NCBI GenBank assembly: GCA_048938295.1
Contig: JBHLMI010000030.1
Location: 1 to 26,868 of the forward strand
Reading direction: 5' to 3'
Source of the DNA: Promethearchaeota archaeon
GTDB taxonomy: Archaea > Asgardarchaeota > Hermodarchaeia > Hermodarchaeales > Hermodarchaeaceae
Length of the DNA: 26,868 bases
The notes below the pieces were generated by a model, which made no database searches, was not told the origin of the DNA, and was given only the letters and a program-made list of their open reading frames with translations. Numbering within the stretch: position 1 is the stretch's first letter; the number at the start of each line of letters is the position of its first letter. Shown here in pieces: positions 18,613 to 25,600 of the stretch. The position numbers and the translations under genes are program-made.

Positions 18613-18720
18613 GGGCCGGTGGTCTAGTGGTATGACGCCGCTCTCACAGGATTTTGCCAAGAAAGGCTAGATGCGAGGAAACGGCGGAGGTCGCGTGTTC
18701 AATTCACGCCCGGCCCACCA
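18613..18720 (+). tRNA. tRNA-Val(CAC) with a 33-nt intron (18649-18681, register ambiguous by 1 nt) and encoded CCA
   Basis: Acceptor GGGCCGG/CCGGCCC plus A-CCA; D arm GTCT-AGTGGTA-TGAC; anticodon stem CCGCT/GGCGG with mature loop CTCACAC; T arm GCGTG-TTCAATT-CACGC. Confidence 0.93.
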
Positions 18721-18761
18721 TTATCCAAGTGGTAAAATGCTGCAATCAGTAGACCGGGAGC

Positions 18762-18785
18762 ATCACAATGCTTTTAAGTTGTGAT
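18762..18785 (+). promoter_or_regulatory. rpl38e promoter: TATA-like TTTTAAG flanked by a perfect 7-bp inverted repeat
   Basis: ATCACAA-TGCTTTTAAG-TTGTGAT; SD AGGTGA at 18808-18813; ATG at 18820. Confidence 0.5.
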
Positions 18786-18819
18786 TCTGCCTCGTAGCCA
18801 ATCCCAAAGGTGAGTTTCA

Positions 18820-19014
18820 ATGCCTCGTGAAATACAAAGCGAAGAGGAGTTCCTCGAAGTTGTTGAACGGGCGAGTGAGGTTCGCGTCAAACGACTTCGA
18901 AGCTCGGTGAAACTGAAATTACGCACCCCTAGTTATTTGTACACCTATGTATGTGACCCAGGGACAGCAGAAAGATTACTCGCAAGAATGAAACTTCCTG
19001 TCGTTGATGTTTAG
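18820..19014 (+). CDS. rpl38e: 50S ribosomal protein L38e (eL38)
   Basis: MPREI...F...A..VRVKR....VKLKLRTPSYLYT is the eL38 signature. Confidence 0.92.
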   Translation: MPREIQSEEEFLEVVERASEVRVKRLRSSVKLKLRTPSYLYTYVCDPGTAERLLARMKLPVVDV

Positions 19015-19041
19015 AGCCTTTTGTCTTGTTGCCCATATGTG

Positions 19042-19917
19042 TTAAGGGATAAAAGGCAACACCCAGCGAATTAAGAAGCCGATGGTTATTCCAAGCAGGC
19101 CTAAGGCAACAGGAAAAGGAAGGCCTGCCATGATGCCCCGTTTTTCTAATAGTTTTAGTGTAATTAGAAATCCAGAAATAAGGCCAACTATGGCCAGAAT
19201 AGTGGGAAGAAATCCAAAATTCACTAGAGCCAGAACCGTCATCATGCCGTAGAATGCCACATCGCCCAGTCCTATGTCCCATTCCGCACTTGAAACAGCT
19301 AACGCCCCCAGTTTGTCTGGGTCATCTTCGGTGAGTTCTACGATTTTTCGAATGGGCCCACGTTTCACTGAATAGTAATCATAGATAGCTAGGCCGATGA
19401 GAAGCAGGATACTGGTCCATACTGGAAGCACAACGCCAAGAAATGCGCCGATGAAAGCACCGAAGATGAGTAAGCCGCCATTTTTCATTCGATTATCGGC
19501 ATCGACGGTAAGAAACGCTAGTGCCATGGTCATGATTAGGGCGATGAGTATCAGGGAGGCGAGGATCGGATCAACGAATTGGAATATGATAACGAACATG
19601 AAACCAAAGTAAAGTGCCACAATGATGCTGATGAAGCCAAAAGCGCCTATCAGCAGATATCGTAAGAATTTTTCACGACCGTACTTCAAGAGCAAAACAA
19701 CCAGCGTGGCGCCAACAGTAGCTAAAACGACAAAGAGGACGGCGTTGCCCACGGCAGCAAGGATTCCGAATTCGGATTCAGGAATTGGTTCGGCGTATAA
19801 TCGGAAGCCAGATAAGAAGACAATGATTCCGAGGAGCGCAGCAGCAATTAACGAAGTGAGTAGGTTCACTAGGATGGTGCTGCGGTTCCCGGAGATTACT
19901 GGCATTTCATCGGCCAT
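19042..19917 (-). CDS. Presenilin-family GxGD intramembrane aspartyl protease
   Basis: About 9 hydrophobic segments; AIYDYYSVKRGP (Asp codon 19378-19380), IGLGDVAFYG (Asp codon 19261-19263), AGLP at the PAL position. Start placed at ATG 19917 because the track's 19977 overlaps the upstream gene. Confidence 0.9.
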   Translation of the reverse strand: MADEMPVISGNRSTILVNLLTSLIAAALLGIIVFLSGFRLYAEPIPESEFGILAAVGNAVLFVVLATVGATLVVLLLKYGREKFLRYLLIGAFGFISIIVALYFGFMFVIIFQFVDPILASLILIALIMTMALAFLTVDADNRMKNGGLLIFGAFIGAFLGVVLPVWTSILLLIGLAIYDYYSVKRGPIRKIVELTEDDPDKLGALAVSSAEWDIGLGDVAFYGMMTVLALVNFGFLPTILAIVGLISGFLITLKLLEKRGIMAGLPFPVALGLLGITIGFLIRWVLPFIP

Positions 19918-19924
19918 AATATAT

Positions 19925-21253
19925 TCACCCAAGGGTTGAGAGTTTAAAGCGTTGTCCTGTCTCAGCTGCATTTGCATTTATGCCATTCTGTTTATGCAAT
20001 GTCTTAGCCAGAAAATCGCAGGCTTCAGCTTCACCGTGAACCGTATAGAGACGTTCGAGGCTGGGAAAGGAGCTACCGAGTTCTAAGAGTTGATCTTGAC
20101 CAGCGTGGGAGGAGAAGTCGAAGAGTTGGAATTTGGCTTTGACACGCTTGAGCCCAGACCCATCATCATAGGATCCGTTTTCTAAGAGGTTCCGACCGGG
20201 TGTTCCCGGGATTTGAAACCCAACAAGCAGAACACCGTTTCGAGGGTCATGCATGATTTCTCCGAGATATCTTGCCGCGGTACCTCCTTTGAGCATACCT
20301 GCTGGTGCCACGATTAAACCCGGATCCTTAGTGATGCCCTCCCGTTGCCGGCGACTGTGAATCCATTGGGCATTGGCTAATGCACGTTTCAGGAGTTTGA
20401 AATTTCGGAAGAATTCCGGATACCGAAGAAAGACTTTTGCAGCATCACGGGCCATTCCGTCCATGAAAATGGGAAAATTGACCCGGTACTTGGTTAAAAC
20501 GCATAGGATTTCTTGAGCCCGTGCTACGGCAAAGGCTGGAACGAGGATTGTTCCTCCACTGTCGATGATTTCTTCAGCGGTATTGATAAAATTTTCTTCA
20601 ATCGTTTTTCTTTCGTCGTGTGCGGTTAGTGCGTAGGTGCTTTCTAAGATGAGAGTATCGGTGGTGTTTTTGGGAAGGCGAGCAGCTTTGAGCATTTGCG
20701 TATCGATGGTATTGATATCACCGGTATATAGGATGTCGTGGTGTGGAGTTTCCACTTGGATCGCTGCACTGCCTGGGATGTGTCCGGCATCATGAAATGT
20801 TATCGTGATGTCGCCTTTTATTTCAATTGGCTCTCGATAATTCACAATTCGAATTCGTCTAATCAATCGGTCAAGTTCTTCCTTTTCAAAGGGGAGGAAA
20901 TAGTTGCTTAACCGAATCATGTCCTTAAGAAGGAGTTTGATTAGATCGCGAGTTATTGCAGTCATATAGACGGGAGCAGAGCCACTGGCGAAGAGGAGAG
21001 GGAGGCCCCCACTATGATCTAAATGTGCGTGACTAAGTGCAACTTGGAGGTTCGCGGGTCGGCTGAGCTGTGGAAATGTTGGGTTTCCGTTGAAGGATGC
21101 TCCAAAATCACATAGAATGGAGGTGGCGTTCTCTTCAACGAGGTATGCAGAACTACCTATGGTTTTGCAGCCACCCAGAAAATGGATTTCGGTCAAACTT
21201 TTGCGAGTCCCCTTCGCCTGTACGTAGGTTTGGTTGGCGGGTAATGTATTCAC
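19925..21253 (-). CDS. Metallo-beta-lactamase / beta-CASP ribonuclease (CPSF-like, no N-terminal KH domains)
   Basis: CDFG, SHAHLDHSG, AGHIPGS, YTGD, LESTY, PAFAVARAQE, GFQIPGTPG, FSSHAG, VHGE. Confidence 0.93.
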   Translation of the reverse strand: MNTLPANQTYVQAKGTRKSLTEIHFLGGCKTIGSSAYLVEENATSILCDFGASFNGNPTFPQLSRPANLQVALSHAHLDHSGGLPLLFASGSAPVYMTAITRDLIKLLLKDMIRLSNYFLPFEKEELDRLIRRIRIVNYREPIEIKGDITITFHDAGHIPGSAAIQVETPHHDILYTGDINTIDTQMLKAARLPKNTTDTLILESTYALTAHDERKTIEENFINTAEEIIDSGGTILVPAFAVARAQEILCVLTKYRVNFPIFMDGMARDAAKVFLRYPEFFRNFKLLKRALANAQWIHSRRQREGITKDPGLIVAPAGMLKGGTAARYLGEIMHDPRNGVLLVGFQIPGTPGRNLLENGSYDDGSGLKRVKAKFQLFDFSSHAGQDQLLELGSSFPSLERLYTVHGEAEACDFLAKTLHKQNGINANAAETGQRFKLSTLG

Positions 21254-21329
21254 GCCATTTAGAGGGTGTGCATAAATGTATTTCGAAGTAAAAAAGAGCG
21301 TAGCTAGAATCTATGGATTTGTCTAATCA

Positions 21330-21346
21330 GAAAAGAAAATTTAAAA
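21330..21346 (+). promoter_or_regulatory. Candidate BRE-TATA for the PAC2 gene
   Basis: GAAAAGAAAA (purine-rich, BRE-like) directly followed by TTTAAAA, about 47 nt upstream of ATG 21393. Confidence 0.5.
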
Positions 21347-21392
21347 CTACGAATCATGTTGCTAAAGCCAACAAGCGTATGTGGTGACGCTG

Positions 21393-22133
21393 ATGGAGTA
21401 TTCAGAAGAAATTCAAATCATCTTACAAGACCCCAATGTAAACCTAGATGGAAGAATCTTGGTGTCGGGGTTTCACAGCTCCTTAGGTGAAACAGGGTAT
21501 ATTGTGCTCCGCCATCTAGTAGGTCAAAAAGAAGCCCGACCAATCGGATGCATCATGAGTCCGTTGGTTCCTCCACACGTTTTCATCGGTGGTGAACAAC
21601 TCCTGATGCCCATTGAAATTTACGAGTACGGTGACCGCTTCATTCTCTTGTTCCCGCGACTCCAACCACATCGTGCTGAGTGGGCACCGTTTACCGAAAC
21701 TGTTGCCAACTGGTGTGTGGACATGAAATTCAAAGAAGCAGTACTACTCGGTGGACTGGACCAGCAATTCGCAGAAGGTGATGACCGATACCGCACAGCT
21801 TATACACCTGCCTATCGAAAAACCGCTCAGAAATTCAAATTACCAGTACTTGAAGAGGGACGGGGGATTTACGGGCCATTAGCACTTCTACTCGCGAACT
21901 TTAAAATCCGAGATTTTCCTGCAGTGGCAATTCTACCCTATGCAGAAAGAGGACGACCAGATCCACGCGCAGCCAGCGTTGCCGTCGATGCGTTTAACCA
22001 AGTATATGACCTTGGCATCGATACTGATGAGCTAATGGCTGATGCTGAAGCCATTGAACAGGAAATTAAACAACTCCTCGCTCGTCAACAGGAACGTGAA
22101 AACGACCGCGGTGCAGGCGGGATGTTTGTTTAA
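21393..22133 (+). CDS. PAC2-family proteasome assembly chaperone (PbaA/PbaB-like)
   Basis: LVSGFH..LGETGYIVLRHL, VLLGGLD, IYGPLALLL, RPDPRAA, IDTDELMADAEAIE. ATG 21393 has a GGTGA SD at 21383-21387; the track gives 21381. Confidence 0.9.
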   Translation: MEYSEEIQIILQDPNVNLDGRILVSGFHSSLGETGYIVLRHLVGQKEARPIGCIMSPLVPPHVFIGGEQLLMPIEIYEYGDRFILLFPRLQPHRAEWAPFTETVANWCVDMKFKEAVLLGGLDQQFAEGDDRYRTAYTPAYRKTAQKFKLPVLEEGRGIYGPLALLLANFKIRDFPAVAILPYAERGRPDPRAASVAVDAFNQVYDLGIDTDELMADAEAIEQEIKQLLARQQERENDRGAGGMFV

Positions 22134-22146
22134 CCGAGTCGCCCTA

Positions 22147-22488
22147 TTAGTGGACAGGGGTTCCTGGTGGTAAGTCTCGCTCAGGCTTTACTAAGACTAC
22201 TTGGTAGTCGGAATCCCCTTGTTGACCGACCTCTGCCGCCAAGAGCATCCCCTCGGATTTCTCACCACGAAACGCCGCAGGTTTGAGATTCACTAACACT
22301 ACCAGCTGCTTACCCACCAATGATTCAGCAGAATAGTACTGGGCTAGTCCAGTAACGATTTGACGTTGACCCAATTCACCGAGATCAATTTGAAGCTTCA
22401 ATAGGTTCTTCGTTCCTGGAACTTGCTCAGATTTAGTCACAGTTGCGATTCGAAAATCGAGCTTCTTGAATTCTTCAAAGGTTATCAT
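22147..22488 (-). CDS. Stand-alone tRNA-binding OB-fold protein (Trbp111/CsaA/MetRS C-terminal-like)
   Basis: MITFEEFKKLDFRIATV, LLKLQIDLG, RQIVTGL, VVLVNLKPA.FRGEKSEGMLLAA, PPGTPVH. Confidence 0.92.
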   Translation of the reverse strand: MITFEEFKKLDFRIATVTKSEQVPGTKNLLKLQIDLGELGQRQIVTGLAQYYSAESLVGKQLVVLVNLKPAAFRGEKSEGMLLAAEVGQQGDSDYQVVLVKPERDLPPGTPVH

Positions 22489-22499
22489 AAAACACGCCT

Positions 22500-22665
22500 C
22501 TATTTGCGCATTGTACTCTACAAATAGTATTTAGCTGTGACTCACGCATAGTTCTATCTCAATCCCTTTCGGATACCCTAAGGAAATCGCAGACACTTTT
22601 GACTGTGCGATTTTCTAAAGAAAGGTCTAAAAGTTTGCTGACAACGGTCGTTAATGCAGTAACGA
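22500..22665. promoter_or_regulatory. Divergent intergenic region containing three inverted repeats (candidate operators)
   Basis: CTATTTG-N14-CAAATAG (22500-22527); AAATCGCA-N14-TGCGATTT (22584-22613); TCGTTA-a-TGCA-g-TAACGA (22648-22665). Confidence 0.45.
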
Positions 22666-22696
22666 GTGAGAAAGTAAGCTATTTGGTGAAATTGCG

Positions 22697-25600
22697 GTGG
22701 CACGACGACATTGGATTATAGTCACGTTCATCGTCGTCCTCCTCTTTCCTCTTCTAGTTGATACGCCAAATCTGCCAATACATAGAGTATCAGCTGAAAA
22801 TTCGGGTTCACCTCAATATTCACCACCACCACCTTATGGCGGAGAACCTGTTGGAGAATATAGTGGGAATGGCGCTACAACCAGTATAATGGCAACGTAT
22901 AACAAAACGCTTAGTACCCCTACATCATCTGACGTATTAACTGATTTTTCCGTTACTTTACCTATCAACTGGGATGTTGTCATTAATACCTCGTTTAGCA
23001 GCCTAACTGCCAATCCAGTTGTTTTGGATGTTGAAACTGACGACTCCACAGTTGAAGGGAGTCATAATATACGAGCGGCCATGAGTTTCCAGATAACAAA
23101 TTCCTGTTATTTGAGCAGCGTTATGGTTCGTGTTGAAGCAGGTTTGTTTGAGCTATTAGACTCTCTTGATGATCTATATGTGAGTATATTCAATGCTACC
23201 GAAGACAGCGGGCGACCAAAACCAGATCAGTTATGGTCAACTAGGGAATATTTTGATTTGGGAGACAGCACTGACACTTTTGATGGGTGGATTAACGCAA
23301 CTTGGGCAAGCCCTGTCCATCTTACAACCTCAACATCTTACAATGATTATTATTTCGTTGTACTTGTGCCTGAATCCGGGGCTACGGTGTCTTGGCAATT
23401 TCGTACGGACGTGGGAAATGGTGACAGTGGATATGCGTGGCGTTGGATGGCTGGATGGACGTTTTACCCGGTTGATTATTTCCTGAATGTTTCTCTGTTA
23501 CCCTCGGGGGGCACTCCGAAACCAAGTCAGATTTCAATGCAGGTTAATGGTACAGCGGTGACTGATGCAGTTGGTAATGCAGGATGGTGGGCCTCATCTT
23601 TCACAGCGTCAAGTTCTCCAACGCTGTTTAACGTAACCGCTACTTGGCCAATTACATTTGATTATACCTATATCGCCCTTTTCGCCCAAATTTTGGTTGG
23701 TACAACAAACTTCCAAACTGACTATCAACTTTCTCTTGCTAGCTGGAACATTACTGCGTCTGTGTCTTTTCCCAATGTGAACGCAGACGCCAATAGCCGC
23801 ACCATCAACTTCTCCATACCAGCAAATTGGAAGATTCAAACCCTCCTGAACGGGACAACCGTGAAATCAATAACCGACTATAAAGATAACAGCACTAATC
23901 CTGGCTCACCAGGATACCTCTTCATCGACGAGCCCACCGGTGCAGGAAACGGCACCCTATGGCGGACGGTTTCTTCGGATCTCAATTACGTGCAAACACC
24001 TGTTATCAAACGTGGCGGACTTGATGTTACTGGTCAACAAGTCAATATCACAGACACGTTGGCCGTTTCGGTGCAAGTTTCCACATTTACCGATGGTCAA
24101 GGACGATTCAACCCCTACGATGAGCTTGGGGTTTCGCTAAACGAATGGCTGCAGACACCAGATGGGGGAGGATTACTGAACTTTACATCCTTCACCCCAT
24201 CATCTTATGCCATAACGAATGTAAGCATGCGATGTGAAGTCGTATGGAGCAATAGCTTTCATGCCGGAGTTGGACTGAGTAGTGTAGGTTTGTTGTATCC
24301 AACAATGGTGACCGGCACTCCGTCAGCGTACACGAGCCTCATAGGCGACATGGTCAACGTTTCAGTTTACTATGAGGATACTCACAACACGGCGGGTATC
24401 CCGAATGCAGAGGTTAATGTCACCTTCAGCGGATCTACATATACTCTCACCGATCGAGGAGCCGGCTATTATTGGTCACTCTTAGATACAGGGACTATGG
24501 GACTTGGACGGGGAGTGCACTCAGGTTCAGTGAGTGCCGACCGACAGGGCTATTCGGCCAGTTTAACCTCGGTTTCATTGATCCTCTGGTCTAAGACACA
24601 ACTAGTAGCTAACTTTACATCACTGACAATTAGCTATGCGGATAGCGTCGTATTAGAAGTGAACTATTCAGTTCTAACACCCCTGGGCGAAGGTGGCATC
24701 CTTGGGGCCCAAGTCAACATTTCCGAATCTGGAATTGTCTTAAGTGCTCTGACCGATGTGGGAGGTGGTAATTATACGATTCTCCTTAGTGGTATGAGCC
24801 TTGACGTTGGTGTACACAATCTCATCGTGAACGCATCAAAGCCCGGAGAACTCTATCAAAACAACACTTTGTTTGTGATCCTAACTGTAACAGGAGAACC
24901 GACCACAATTACAGGAGCCGCCCCCTCAAGCGTCGATGGTGGAACCGCATTTAACGTGTCCATAGATTATCTGTTCCTAAATGGAACTGGAATTACGGGA
25001 GCCAGTATCTCCTGTCTACTAAATGATTCACCGTTCCTTGGCTTTACACTCTTTGATTTAGCGAATGGAACCTACAAAGCACAATTTGTGCTCGATGTGA
25101 GTGGAAGTCCAGCCACATTTAACATTAGCTTAACGGCCTCACGAGGTGGGTTCGATGCCGCCTCCTATGATGCCTTAGTTGATGTGTTGATTCGCCCCAC
25201 AACGTATAGTGTGCAAGTGCTTTCAGCTTCACCTGTCGTATACAGCGCGCCGTTTCAGATTCGAGTAACATACCAGGATATGTTGGCTGTAGGAATTATT
25301 GGGGCCGTGGTGGATGGGAACTGGTCAACAGTGATTTCTGTTGACAATCTTGATGGCACCTATACGGTTACCTGCCAAACCACCGGATGGGCTGCGGGCT
25401 GGTGGACCATCAGTTTCAACATCACTGTCATCAACTATGACACACAATACTTCAGTGAAACGTTTTACCTTGTCTGGAGCACTACCCTTACTCCCCAAGG
25501 CGGGGACTTTAGCCCAGCTGACTATGAAAACGAAAACATAACTTTAGAAGTCACCTTTTGGGATTCCAGCAACAGCGTGGGGATTACTGGAGCGACGGTT

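Noticed and set aside
18444-18635. Track ORF of 63 aa in the sucD-tRNA gap
   Set aside because: Wrong frame; the real gene is rpl40e at 18437-18598, and this ORF runs into the tRNA.
18637-18686. Reading the tRNA anticodon as TCA (Sec/opal suppressor) from CTCTCAC
   Set aside because: That register gives C33 and no anticodon-stem pairing. The CAC register gives a proper stem and U33, and the body has a short variable loop typical of tRNA-Val.
19918-19977. 20-aa N-terminal extension of the presenilin homolog
   Set aside because: It overlaps the 3' end of the beta-CASP gene on the same strand; ATG 19917 just after that stop is more parsimonious.
642-22049. Many 60-123 aa antisense or alternate-frame ORFs overlapping housekeeping genes (e.g. 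642-1001, 2501-2857, 10479-10850, 14105-14431, 18929-19282)
   Set aside because: They lie largely within well-supported genes and show no recognisable motifs.
22697-22720. RR in the signal peptide (ARRHWI) as a Tat signal
   Set aside because: Poor match to S/T-R-R-x-F-L-K. The very short n-region and a large sequon-rich TM-anchored passenger fit Sec export better.
22820-22837. CCA triplet run encoding SPPPPY, resembling a PPxY WW-binding motif or microsatellite
   Set aside because: It lies in the predicted extracellular linker after the signal peptide and is short; most likely a Pro-rich spacer.
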